From assembly GCA_030704615.1 (NCBI GenBank), contig CM060734.1, forward strand, positions 49,910,001-49,974,000: a DNA stretch of 64,000 nt. Reading direction: 5' to 3'. Made by a program: the position numbers and the translations under genes. This document shows positions 16,679 through 30,300 of the stretch, piece by piece (the stretch's first letter is position 1; each line of letters begins with the position of its first letter). The stretch comes from Takakia lepidozioides. Taxonomy: Eukaryota > Plantae > Bryophyta. The notes beneath the pieces were generated by a model that saw only the letters and a list, made by a program, of their open reading frames with translations, was not told the DNA's origin and made no database searches.

Positions 16679-18187
16679 TGTAATAGGGCCCACCCCCGAA
16701 AGGGGTAAGTAACATTTCAAGAGAAGGCAGCATCAAATTTGTTTATTACCAATCAACTGTCATTTATTAGTCCTAGTTGGTCATTCATTTCGCATTAACA
16801 ATCAAACTCCATTCAAATAAGTTTTTAGGGAGGAAATAAAAGAGAAAAAAACGAAGTATATTTCACCTACCTCTTCATTGTCTTGTCACATATTAATGTA
16901 TGGTTGAAGTTGTTATGCATGCCGTGAGCCACAATCTCATTTCTTCATGAAGACCACCTCCAATGAGCATGTGCTCCAAGCTCTTCAATACTCTAGGCTT
17001 GGTTTCACATCATCATGGATAGAATTCTCACCCACATGCTTCCCTTTGGAGTCATCTTGAGCTTCTTGATGCTCTCCAAGTGGTTGCTTTTGTTGTCTTC
17101 AAGCCCTAGCCTATGTAGCTCATTGTCTTTTCTTTTACAACATGCACCACCTCATACATAAGGAATGAACTTGCTCACTTCACCTTCTAGCTCTCCTCAA
17201 GCTTGAATTGGAAGCCACACTTGGAAAGCATGCTCCACACACGCACCACTTGCTTGGTCAATCACTTGCTTCACCAAGAGCAATCCAAGAACTCATAGAA
17301 CTAGCAAAAACACTATCTTCTAGCGCCGCCTTTGCTTGCTTGTTTGTCAACCAAATGAAACCCCACTTGGCTTCATTTCACCATGGATAGAACAACCACT
17401 TCTTAGCTTCTCTTGAACTACTCAATGCTCCTCAAGCTACCCTTGTTGTACTCCTTCTATGGTGTTTCCAACCCAAGCATGTGCCGCTCTTTGGCTTCTC
17501 TTTCACACCATGAACAAGTACTAGAGCTTGCTCTTGAAACCCTAGTGTCTATCTTCTCCACACACAAGACATTTCTCTTGTGATGCAAGAGCTCTTTTCC
17601 AAGCTCTCAAACCCTTAGTGCACATACAAGCACTTACTTTGCAAAACCATGCAAGCTTTGTGATACAAGAGCTCTCTCCTTAAGCTCTCCACCTCTGCAA
17701 AGTCTTGTAACTCAAGAGCTCTCTCCTTGAGCTCTTCACCTCTTTGATGCAATGCAAAAATACTCATCCTTGCAACACCTTGCAAGCCTTGTGAGATACT
17801 TGAGTTTTCTTAGCTCTCTCACTCCTTGGTGTACACCAACACAAGTGCTAAAACTAATCCTTACACCCCGCACTCACAAGCATAAGGTGATCTTCTTATA
17901 GTGATAATGGAAGTGAACACACAATGGAAACACTCCACTCATAAATCCACTCAATCACATAAACTAAGTTAAGCCAAGGGCACCGTTGTTAAAAGAATCC
18001 ACCCTACAAAGCCCTCACCACACTCCCTCTCAATATCTAGAGCTATGGAGGTTGGAGAGGCTCATGGAGGCTCAACTACAAGAAGATGAGCCTCCTCCAT
18101 CCTCACAAGGGAAAACCTATCCCCATGTCCCAAGTGAGGCTCGACACCTCACTTGGCATGTGAGACCCAATGAAGTCCCAACACACA
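16679..18187. mobile_element. Probable solo LTR (~1.5 kb)
   Basis: Starts TGTAATAGGGCCC and ends ...GTCCCAACA(CACA); AAATAT flanks both sides (16673-16678, 18188-18193). Non-coding, with internal imperfect repeats (CAAGAGCTCT...). The left terminus has an inverted homologue at ~24117-24147. Confidence 0.45.
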
Positions 18188-19406
18188 AAATATAAATATA
18201 AATATCTAAAATATCCTAATTAACTAGAAGTAGGTAATTCTAGATAACTATGACTAAAACCATGACACAATGGAAGTGACAAGCATTTCCTTGTCTTTGT
18301 ATTCTCGATCTCAAAGCACAATTGACGAGTGACTATCGTTTTGAAAACCGTTATTGAACCACAAACATGCGTCGCTCTCTTTGCACACCAAACTTTGCTC
18401 CTCCCCACTATTCATGGCCACTGCCCAGACCATACAATTCTAAACTTATGAGAAAATATGAACCATTAGTTCGGGCCTTCACCAACATGGTTTGCACACA
18501 CCCCCATTGAATATTACTATTGTACGTGAAGGTGACGCCCATAACAACAATAGGGGGCAAGGTATGACCAACATAAGGAAAACTTGATCATTAGATAGCG
18601 CAACAAATGTTGTGCGAATTTATGTCCATAAAAGGCCCAAAATTTAGCCAATTTTGGAAATTAAAAGCTTATGCTATATCTAAACTACTTAATCTAATCC
18701 CTTGTGACTTTGTTTTGGCAAAATCTGACCATTTACAAGGGGAATGTTTTGTAAAATTGTTATTTGGGCACTAGTAGGGTCCTCTATCCTATGCATACTC
18801 CGAGGGTATACAAACTCCAAAACTCCAATTATAACCTGAACTGCCGCCTATGTTGAAATCCCTATACCCGCCCAACACTAGTATAAAGCCTACTGTAGAT
18901 GGCCTGATTTTTAATCATTTTGCTCAGAAGAAGGCCACAGCATTGGGTGCATGCAAGGGAGCCCGCCAAGTGTCGTCAATTGACATGTGGCACTTCATGA
19001 TTGGTGAGACCATGGAATTCTAGTGTACTAATAATAAGAAGTGTGTTCTGGACTCACATGAGTTCATGGGCTCTAATTAAATTGGATGGCTCTCATTCAT
19101 GTAATAGTGGATGAACTACCGGGGTAGTTCATTCATCCTCTTCTTAGCTTGAGTGGCACGTTCTGTGGTAATATTCCCACACGCTCGTCATAACTAAACA
19201 CCTGGGTTAGTGAGGAGCTTAGTGAGTTGTAGTCTTTACTTAGTCTTTACTTAGTTCTTAGTCTTTACTTAGAGCAGCAAGCGAGGAGATAGCGGTGTGA
19301 GAGTGGGGGAGAGAATCCGAGAGCTCAGCAATCCATTGTGCTGCTTTAGAGATTTCTAGGGACCAGCTCGGATTGTGCAGAGGTGTTTGATCTTGTCGTG
19401 TCCACC

Positions 19407-21353
19407 ATGAATGTCATCGCTCCTGCCTCGTCTCTTCAGTCTGTCTCAGGGGCCATCAGATCTCGGCATGAGCTGCACACTCGTTTCAATTATGCCAGGG
19501 CAGGTGGGGCCCCTGGATCATTTTTCCTGAGGCGTGAGGGATCTCTGGGAAGCTCATTCTGCACAGGGAAGCGCATTGATCTGGTCTCGCTAGGAACATG
19601 CAGAAGTCCTGGAGAGAAGAGTGAAGGTGGTCTGTGTTGCAGGGCGAGCTTGGTGGAGTATGCCCCATTGACTGCTGCTGTGTACGGTGCTTCGCTTCTT
19701 GGAGGCGGTCTTTTTGCTTGTAAGTTTTTCCCATCTCCATGTGAAGAATCTTGTGTGCTTGCGTGCCGCTGCCTCCTACCAGTCCGGTTCTGTCTCCATC
19801 CACCATTGGAGCTGGGTGGCGGCTCTGTTACTAAAATGTTGGATCAAACCGATCGCATTTGTGGCCTGAAATCAAGCAATGATAAGCAGGGCTCTTCTTT
19901 CCATGGTCTGTCCCCTTTCTCTATTCAACTCCGGAACCAGGAAAGGGCAGTACTATGGCTCACACACTAACCAGGATGAGTGCAATCGGGCCCCTTGGCG
20001 ACGTCGAACTAACTAAGGGTAACTTTGTCGGCGTTTTCAACAAATTTTCTCGTGCAGTTGTCACATGGAATCCGTCCCCTTGTGCCCGCAAATGATCCAG
20101 ATATGAAGTCTGCATTTTCTGGGATTTTGTGATACTGGAGATTACCTTCACTAATTGGTCACGATGTTGTAATGTAAAATTTGACCTTTACCAAGTGTTG
20201 ATTATAGTTTGCAGATTGGGTATTAGTAATGTACTGAGCCGACAACAAGGGGAAGTTGAGCCTGAAAAACTAGTATTCAGTTTATGGTACATCTGTATGG
20301 TGGATGAGCCACTGTTGTGTCTCCAATGCAGTTCAATTCTGTGTGTAGATGCTACATTGTACAACCTGTATTTTCCAGGAGCTGATACTCACTGTCCATG
20401 TCATGTTTTGCTGATCCAACAGAAAAGTAACATGATTTATCTTGTTTTCTGGGAAAAGCTTGGCATCTACAAAGCACATATATTAGCTATGTGGGGTTGT
20501 CTCATGCCCTTGTGACCGTTATGAAAGTTCGATTGGTCGGGTGGGACAGACACGAGGACTGGCAGTAAGGGCTCTCTAGGAGGTGGGATTACTGGCGGTG
20601 TTGCACTTGGTGTGGTAAGTGATGAAATAAGTGTATCCTGTGGCGTTTTACCTTTCAACAGCCCAATGAGTTTTTGGTTACTGGTCGTTTAACTGTTGTT
20701 TGGCACCTTTATAGTGTGTAGTGTGTACCTAAGGTATCCGTGATCCCGACTTCTCTTCTCTTCTGTATATCTTATGGTAGTAGTGGGGGTTTGTTCTCTT
20801 TTGGGGGGCACGAGCAGGCATTCTTCTTGATGCAGGTGCCCGAGACTCGAGACCTTGGTGAAGCAGTTGGTTTTGGTGCTGCAGTTCTCTTTGCGGCCAT
20901 TTTTGGTACAGCCCTCTTTTTGAGAATGGATTTTGCACAGAAGTTTAAACCTTTCATTATATTGCCGATGATGACAGAACCTAGACTTAGGTTAGGTTTC
21001 TTTTTGCCAATAACCAACTTAGCTTTCTTTTGCAAGTTGAACTGTGCTCATAGCTCCACTTGTCAGTTGGTAAGTCACAACCTGAAGGTTTTAGTGGGGA
21101 CATGTGGATGGTTTGTTGTAAAATTCAAGGGAAATGCCTCCTCAAAAGGATGAAAATCCAGGATTGCTATCCACTCTAGGTGACAGCAACATTCCCATTT
21201 TCAAAGGTAACCCCTCTCTGTGGTTGTGCAGGTATTCGACTGGTAGCTACTGGCAAGCCCATGCCAGCAGTGCCACTCTTGGCTTTGAGCACTGCTGCCT
21301 CCCTGTTGTTTGCTTATGCGTATATCCAAACGAGAGTGTTATTACCGCAGTAA
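19407..21353 (+). CDS. FAX4: Fatty acid export protein FAX4-like (TMEM14 family) with an N-terminal plastid transit peptide
   Basis: GT-AG exons 19407-19719, 20550-20614, 20818-20905, 21232-21353 give ...AAVYGASLLGGGLFAYTRTGSKGSLGGGITGG...PETRDLGEAVGFGAAVLFAAIFGIRLVATGKPMPAVPLL...*. The S/R-rich N-terminus resembles a transit peptide. Confidence 0.88.
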
Positions 21354-24300
21354 TTTTTACCTATCTGGTCTCAATTTTGCAATGTGGCAAGCAACAGTTG
21401 CTGGACTTGTTTGCTCTCCGGTTAAAACTATCTGTTACTGCAATTGTCCTGCTCCTCCAGTGCCTGTTCATTGACATGTCCGTGACGGGTGCCTCTTATT
21501 CTGTACACACTTGGGAAATGGTTCTCAAAATTAGAGACACTCCCATTTGAGATACTCGCCATGTGATAAAAATAAGCCTCAGTCGTGGTGTAACAACAGG
21601 CTGGTGTAAAGAATCAGTGAACAGCTGAACTCTGCATGATATGTGTGTGGATCATTTACCATCTCAAATCAGAGAAATGCATTTCCCATTTCAATTTGCT
21701 CTTATTGTCGTAAGCACTAAGAGTTGCTCGAGGAGAAGGGCAGGTAGCAAACTTGTGGATCATCTAGATGTTGAGATGTCCCAATGTGGACAGTGGACTA
21801 CAAGTCTGACCAATGTGCACACCAATTGGACTTGGACCACTAGTTAATAAAGTTAGCAAGATGTGAGCATCCTGTCACCCAACCTCAGAGGCCAAGTTTG
21901 TGAATGCCTCTTGCCTTGGTCTACAGAGAGAAGTGGAAAGTGGAATTGGGGATTGGTTGATACAATGACAAATACAATGACAAAAATCCATTTACATGTG
22001 TAATCATGTACAGTGCTGAAGATGCCAAGCTGCTGTGAGTGTTAACTACAATCAAAATCTCATGGAACCGTATAAACTATAAACATCCACTGTGGCGAGA
22101 TTATGGGGATGATCAGTGGAACTTTGTATGTGCAAGGTCCGTAAATGTGTACTGGGATAGTTTTCCAAGTCCTTTGAGGAAGTCTGAGACGATGTCCACA
22201 GTGGAACCCGCACGATGGAGAACCCAAAAGAGTAAAATCTATTGCCTTGTTTTAGATGGACGATGAGTACCTATGTCGTCCAACAGGAACTGAACGAACG
22301 GAGAGTTGGACAAGGTATGGAATGGACGATGACTTCTTCGCTCTCCTGTCTTGTCCCGCAGGAGTGGACCGACTCTTGGATACCGCTCCCTCTTCCAAGC
22401 CTCTGATTATTACAAACACGCGGGTAGTTTCTCGATTGATATCATGTGGTGCCCAGTTGGGTTCTTTCATTCATGGTGTTTTGAGGAGGATTGCAATTAC
22501 AGATTGCAGTGTGAGAGTGTTTGTGGGGTAACTAAAGTGGATCAGTGATTCCCGGGCGCGATAGATTCTCCCTCTTGTCAAGAAATGGACACCCAGATCG
22601 ATCCATCGTCTCCCACTCCTGCTCGCAAAGGTTTGTATCTCCGCAGCCCCATAGATTTTCTTATTCATTCCCACTTCCAGAATCTTACATGACCGCAAAT
22701 TTTACTCGACATAGGTGATCACTATCGATCGTTTCATACCGTACTCATGTTGGACTATTCCAGAAGTCTCACTGTGCGATACTATTGGAGACCTCGAATG
22801 CCCTGGGCCCTTTTCAAGGAAATGGTATAATTTTTAGGCTTGCAACATGCTACCTCTAATGGTCCAGAGGAGGTGGCCTAATGGAAAGTGGAAACAAACC
22901 TATGGCCCATACGAAGGTTCAAATTGTTTCTCAGTTCTACCTAGCATACACGAGATAGAAGTGGTTGTCCTTGTACTGTCGTTCACTATGTGAGTGGTAC
23001 ACTGTTAGAGATAGTGCACCCTGGTGTCTGAGTCCAAGAGAGAGACACATTGCTGGTCTAAGGCAGGGGTTGTGGGAGTGCATGAGTACAGTTGTGGTGC
23101 TCTTCAGGGCTACAGGGGACGCACCCATTCTCAAGATATCAAAGTTTAAGGTGCATCCTTAAGTTATCCACATCTTTCCCTTCTTTCCAAATTTTAGTAT
23201 TGGCTCTACCCCTTGCGTGCATTTTTAGCATTAAGTCATCTAGTTAATGAAGGGCAACTTGGGTGTGTAGATTGGTGGCACGGAGAAATTCTCAAAGGTG
23301 ATTGATTTTCTGCGCAAGCAGCTTCACCGCGACACATTGGTATGAAGAAAATCCGTCCTTTTGCCTCATGACCCATCCCTTCTCCTTATTCTTGCTTGTG
23401 GTAATTTGTATCCTGTGACTCTTTTCTGTAGGAGTTGGATTTTGTCAAGATGGAGGCTTTAACCTGACAAGGATACATAACGATGACAAGGATACATATC
23501 GTTATGTTGAGATCTGAAAGATATTTTTTTGGTCTGGTCCACAATCACCTTCGACAAAACAAACATGAAGAGTACTAGTGCTACAATTCTATCCTTTGAC
23601 TGCACACATCCATTGCAGCTAGTACTGGGAAGTATGAGAGTTTCCTTGGTCTCATATTCTTTACTACATGTGAGAAAATGCTCAAGGGGACTGTAACTAA
23701 ATCCTGCAGGTCCCCTAAGTGGTGATTTTGGAAGATACTTGCTCTTCTGCTTGACGAAAACATCGGTGCAACCAGTCCGCACTTTTAAAGACTCATATTT
23801 ACCATCGATGCAGAAGACCCAGTAGGACAGGACCAGACCCACATCTAACTGTGCCTGCCTCTTAGCCTTGAGCAAGTTGCAGGCAGATTGATAACTGGTG
23901 GCTGTGGTTCCGTGGGCAGTACAGTTTGTGTATATCAACAGTGCTTTCTCTCCCAACCCTGATGAGGTCATTTGGGATTTGTTTGAGGTAAGCCTTCCTA
24001 TTGCGTCAATCCAAGGAGGCACACTTTGTTTCCTCTGTTCTGGAAGAGAGCCTCCTAAAAGAGAGAGAAGACTCTGGCCGTAGCTGGCGTAATTCAGAGC
24101 CACTTCACCTAATGGCTACCTCCCCCTTTCGGGGGTGGGCTCTATTGCCTCCTAAAATATTATACTAGCAGTCTGTAGGATTCAGAATTTTTGTTTAGTG
24201 TGGGCAATTTTGGGCTGTGTGCGCACATGTCAGTATACCCCAATGCTGTTTGCTGGAAAGGTCTTCAGGTTCAGGCTTTTGCGCACCTTTCTATAGCCCA

Positions 24301-24499
24301 GCTCTTGCTTGGATAACATAAAGCTCCCTTCATGTTTGTATTTATTCTCAAGAGAGATTCTCTTGTATTGCAACTTCTTTGATTGATAGAGTGCGGTGGT
24401 GCAGAATTTTGGCATTGATGGGAAGCTGGTGGTGAACTATGCGTGTACCATGGCCTGGGGCTGATTCGCAAGTGTTACTGCAGAGGGCTAAGCCCAACT

Positions 24500-27350
24500 T
24501 TTGACCACTGCTTTGGGAGAGAGGATGTTTAATTTTCTTACAGGTAACAGTTTTCAAACACCAGGCTCATAGTCCAGTTTTGTCTAGGATTCCAATTGCG
24601 CATTGAAACGACTTGAGAAAGTTAACCGGAAAAACCTGAGAGCCATATATGACCATCTTCATCAGCTGCCCTCACCTGCATGAGAGTTGTATCATAAATT
24701 GTATTATTGGCACCATCTGCATAGCAGTGGTTGAGAGTTTTATACTTCCAAAATGTTAAGAATTTAGGGTTCAAGTAATATCTATTGCTCGCAACTAGAG
24801 TTTGTTATTTGAAGCAGCAGCCTTGAGTGCTTCTATTTGGTTTCTGAAGGATCCAAGTTTTAAAGAGATGAATATGGCCAGAATGTCAAGTCTGACTTCA
24901 ACAAAGAGGTTTGTGCAGGCTGCCAAATAACCAGTTTAGTGAATTCAACTGGCTCTCTCTGTTGACTGTGGGATCGCAGTTTTGTTTTCCACCATCTAGG
25001 GATCTAGAAGTTGATTTGATTATTATATGTGTATCCTTCATGGCAATGGAATTGAAATAACAACTTTGCAAAGATTTGTTGCAGATTAAGAGCATGTGTT
25101 GTTATCTGTGATCTTTCGATTGTAATCAGCTTGCTTCCTGGACATCACGGGAGCTGTTGAGGGCTTCTGTGGGGTTGAAAAGTCAGTAGCGGAGAGTGTG
25201 TCTCTTGTTGCTCTTGATATTCTTCAGGTGTGGAGCTTAGTATTCCTGTATAGATTGCAATAAACCTTAGTTATTTTCAGCTCAATAGCATATGGACCAA
25301 TCTCGTTTTATCACTCACCAGGGTCCATTTCACCAATAATCAGGATTCTCATACAGTATGTCAACAATCATTTACCTCATGAGCAATTTAGAAGGCACCC
25401 CCCATCCCATTTAGAATTTGCTTGGTAAGAGATGCTCGCCTGTCTCAAAGTCTCCTCTCTTGAACCACATGACTGTCCAATTTCACATCCAAAGTGAACT
25501 AAACTCATCACATAATACTTGGTAGACGTGTATCAATCAGCCAATGCTGTCTGTTCAGAGGCAACTGCATGACAAATCATTTTTCTCATCTTCCTCGCTC
25601 ACTTGTGGCATGAAGGTTGTTTGGTCAACATGTCACCCTCCAAGTCTGAGACGAGGATGTTGTTTTCATCTGAGATACCCGCCCCACTTGTCACGGTGAA
25701 GGAAACATTGGTAGCAATTGCCATGCCCACTTTGAAATAATTGTCCTTTGGATTTCCACTCGTCCATAGCTCAATCCTCTCAAGGTAAGATTCCACACCT
25801 ATGAAGACAGTCAACTGACAGACGCTCAAACTGGGCCTCGGTCCGTTCAATTATGGCAGGCATGTCGAAAAAGATCAAGGATTAGTTTCACCGAATTTAC
25901 AGAGGGGCCGATGAATCGTTGAAGACACGTTTGAATGCTCAAACAGGATTGTCATAGATAAATTGATAATACAGGTCGAGGAGATTTTGTGTGCCGCATA
26001 CGAGGGGAGGCTGAAAACTCCAGGAATTTCACGAATGCGCAATTGGCTCCCCTTCTTATTAGGTGGAAACTGCTAGGATATCCCGCTCCAAGTGATGCAA
26101 CCGCCTACGCAAGATCGAACTTAGTTCTGAGACAGAGCGCATCCACGCATAGATGATACCAAGCTTGGCGAAGTTCAGAGGTGAGGGCGCACTGATGATT
26201 GACTGGGAAGTCAGCTAATGTGTTGGACTCATTGAACTACATCACATTTTGCTCGGTTCGATTCCCTGCTAAGCTTCTTCTCTCCCAAACCCTGGAGGGC
26301 TGAAAGTTAACACTGGGGTGATCACTCCAAAGATTTTGTCCTGCATTCAATATTGTAGATGACGACCCCCGAATGTCAGTTTTGAAGTTGAATCTCGAGA
26401 CTCTCGTTGCTGCAAGCAACCTAAGCTAACTCGGTTGATTTCATAGAATGGCTCTTTGCAAGGAAAAGGGGCTGTTAGGTTGTTTGCGAAGCTGCAACAG
26501 TGTCGAGCAAAATGTGTGGGCATACATCTTATTCAATCGTCCCTTCCTCTCAAGCCTGGTTCTACTTTGCTCTGGACTCTTTGCCGAGGAATTTCTCTAG
26601 TGTATCTCCAATTTTCCATCCTTGGGAATCTAAAAATGTGAGAGGTATCTAGACGATCCCTGATTGGAGCTCATTGAACCTGTGATGAGTTCGCTGCTAT
26701 CTCAAGTTCGCATTGCCTAGTCTTTAGTACCCCTTTTTTGCCAAAATGTTTCTCTTATGATTTGGGGTAACTGGCTTTTACCCATAGTAGCAAGTATTTG
26801 TTCTGAAACCCTTGTGGATGCATGAACCAGTATGGAAACTCAGATCTTCCTCTTGAGAAGTTTTCACATCCTGTCTCAGACTAGTTGTCTGCCATCGGTG
26901 TACCCTCAGCAGTTGGAGTCAGCTGCAGGCGGCGTTCGATTAGGATTTGCATATGGAAAAAGTATTGTTTGTCCCTAGCAGGCTAGTGAGAATAGTATTG
27001 TGCATGAAGGCATCAAACTTGATTTCTTTTGACCAAGTCCAAGTTGTGTGTAGTCCTTTGGGTACATTATCTTGTCTTTGGTAGGTATAATTCCCTCATA
27101 GAAGTTTTGTCATCCTTGTGGATATCACAGCTTTGGTGAAGAATATGGGCTATTAATGCCTTTGTAGAAGAGAACTCGAAGTGTTGACTAACGTGGGTTG
27201 CCAACTGTTGTGCAGATGACAGCCTCATCCGCAAGTTCTCATACTGATAGAAGGTTTCACCCTCAAAACCCTGGTGGGTGAACCCCACAAGAGGCTCCGT
27301 GAGGGTTATTCCCACTGGGTCAAAGGCTGTAAGGCTATGGCAAGCCAATG
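24500..27350 (-). pseudogene. Possible heavily decayed HAT1-like (GNAT) acetyltransferase remnant
   Basis: Collinear fragments resemble HAT1 motifs: GFTHQGFEGETFYQYENLRMRL (~27290-27220), HWLIDT (~25540), GMGVPSKLL followed by IVDILYENP (~25410-25345). There are many stops and frameshifts; the resemblance is by eye only. Confidence 0.25.
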
Positions 27351-30300
27351 TTCGCAGGGAATGTCATGAGTACATTCTTTAACGCCCCTAGCCAGCTCTC
27401 CTTCCAGCACATTATAAACTTTCTTTCTCTATCTCTACTGTGGATCCCATGAAGATATTAATGTCTTTTTAGAGATTGCTCATCCCTAGAAGAGGCCTTT
27501 AGTTATACCGACCTAAAGTGCTTACTAGCTAAGGCAATCCATCTTTGTGCAAACATTCGACATTTGAATCTAGTCTTCTGTTTTTCTACTCTGAACTTTT
27601 GAGCCTCCCGTAGTTGAAGTATTTTCTTGCTCTGGGTTGAGCCAAGGTCGAAGTGCATTAGCATTTTTCATTGTATAGCTAGGATATTTCATAAGGTAGC
27701 ACGAGGTTTTACTATGTCTTTGGCCATGGACCCTTGTGTGGAAGGAAGGTATGGTCATACATAGACTGCTGGGCACAGTCTTTTTGTCACGGAGTCAGTT
27801 CCCAGTGTGGCTGAAATAAGGGGGGGAAGAGACAAGGGTAGAGCAGATGGAGCTACTACCATAACAGAATGTTTTTTACAGACAGAGATGGAAGGAAGAG
27901 TGAGAGGCAAGCATGAAGTGCAGGTCATTTGTGAGCACATTTGATCGCAAGCCCCTCAATGAGCTCCATCAAGGTCTTTTCAACAACAATATGAGTTCGA
28001 CTCACAAGGTATTGTGCTTCTCTCCACTTCTTTGGAACTTGTAACTTCAAAGTTGTGAATTTGCCATTTGTATTCAAATGTTGTAAGTTCTAGATTTACC
28101 TTGAAAGTTTTGAACTACTGCGTTGATTCACTTCCCAGTCCTTCTCGGTTCTCTTGTCCCTTTTATGGACAAACATACAAACCAAGTGACTGGTGGATAT
28201 TAAGCAGTTGCTTTTGAGAGAGGGAGGAGTTCTTGTTTGCCTAATTTGTCAGATAAGTTACTTATGGCTGAATGGATTCTCATCCCAATTTGTGCACCAT
28301 CTTCGCACTTGACCACTAAAAACACCTCAACAGAGCCGACATAGTTGTGAGTAATGGGCCTCATCATATTCAATCGTGCAATGTTTACAGCCTGTGCCAA
28401 TACACCACTGCCATCTGAGTGACGCCTCAATTTGAGGCAAGCCCACCCCAGCCTCTCCATCTCTCCTTGCATCACACTGCATGCATTGTCAATTTTCACC
28501 AGGACACATAATATCTTTAAAAACAAGTTCTACTGAGCAGGATCAGTATGAACTATGAACCTTCACCATGAGCTTCACTTCCTTCTACAAGTGGTCGAAT
28601 CTGTGATCAGTACAGCGAAGGCTATGTATCATCGACTCCTTCGACAAGCAGACAGTTGATCATCACACTATGTTGACAGTATTAACTTCACCAGTGACTG
28701 AAACATAAGAGCTAGAGCAAAAGCATGCATCTGATAATGATAATGCACACACCGACATAGTGCCACATACAACATTACCCTTCTGTCATGCAAATCTTTC
28801 TGAACTAATATGCTCTTTCTCTCTCCCTCTCTCTCTCCCTCTCTCTCTCCCACTCACAGGGAGTGCAACATCCCTCACCCCACTTGAGCTTCCTTCAAAC
28901 GGATCTAAATCGAGCAAGAGGGTTTCGGACAACGAGCGGACGACGGATCAGCCTGTCCATATCGGACGAACGGATCGAACATTCTGGCAGCTCAGGAGCA
29001 TTCAATGCTTTCATCATTGGGCTTCGCCATTCTCGCCAGTTTGGTGATCCAGGGAGACAAATGTGTTGTTTTATAATGAGTTTTCAGCTCATGAGGGTGA
29101 GGACAGAGACTCAGCTGTGAGGGTAATAATACCCTATGAGTGGGGCTACAACTTGAGAGCATCATAGCATTCTTATTACTTGTCATTGGCTGTCAGATTA
29201 TCTGCAGACGATCGCTGGTACAGTCCTGAATAGCAGATACCAATGCTCTACAGCTGGGATTCTTATGCATCAATGGAGCTGGCCAGCCCTGGGCGTGAGC
29301 AGGGCGTGACTATCCTGGGACCTGGCTCTGTCCTCAACTGGTCCTCAGTCACTTTTATTTTCTCTTGATTTTTTGAAGGGATCACTTTGCTTTGCTCATT
29401 TCAGTGGGCTGGTGTTTGTATCTACCTGTGCAAACCAAGGATGAAACCAAGCCTCCTTCGACCCTATTGGGTTGTGTAGATTTGCAAGCAATCTCAAAAA
29501 AGGGTTCATCACCCAACTTTCTAGAATTGGGACACAACTCACAGAGCAAGGCAAGAAGGAGAAGAAGAAGAGAGAATGGGATAAGCCATGATGAAATGTT
29601 GAATTGGCCTCTGCAAATCATACATGCATGACAAACTTGCTGGTATGGGGGACAAAACTCACAAAAAATATATATATTATATATATATGGGACCAAATGT
29701 TGAGTCAGGGTGCACATATACATCCAAATTAAATTATGGCCTACTGAAACATGGGCTGCCAATTATAATCCTGGACAGATGAAATAAGAGCCTGGGAGAA
29801 ATCCTAAAAAAACAGAAAAGTATTTGGACAACAACACTGTTGGGTGACTGCAAGAATGATTCAGTTATGGCTGTGGACCCCCAGTACAAGAGGGACACCA
29901 TTTCTTTGTCATTTCCAGCAATCTTGGACGATCGTCTTCCACCCAATACATTTCCTCCTCACTCATTCTGCAGGGGTCCCACAGAGTTTGACATTCTTGG
30001 CTTCCCTTCACACTAGTCTCCTCAGATCAAGTTTTTATTTGAACATGCTCTCCTTGCTCTTGTGGGAGGCGTGATGCATACAGAGCCTGCTTTTTGGGTG
30101 AGTGGCTGGCTTGTGTCTCCTGTTGTCAAAGCATGTGCTCCTTGGAGTTTGTCTTGTAGGGAATGGCGTACACCTATAGTCAAGTTTGGAGGTGGATTTT
30201 ACCTGTTCCCACAACTTAACTGCAAAAGTATCAGTGGAACTCTGGGTCCTCCATCCTGCCTTTGACTAGGACTTGACCATGCCATAACTCTTGTCAGGTC

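Noticed and set aside
23459-24103. 214-aa minus-strand ORF
   Set aside because: No recognisable domain or splice structure, and it lies next to an LTR-like terminus; probably non-coding repeat sequence.
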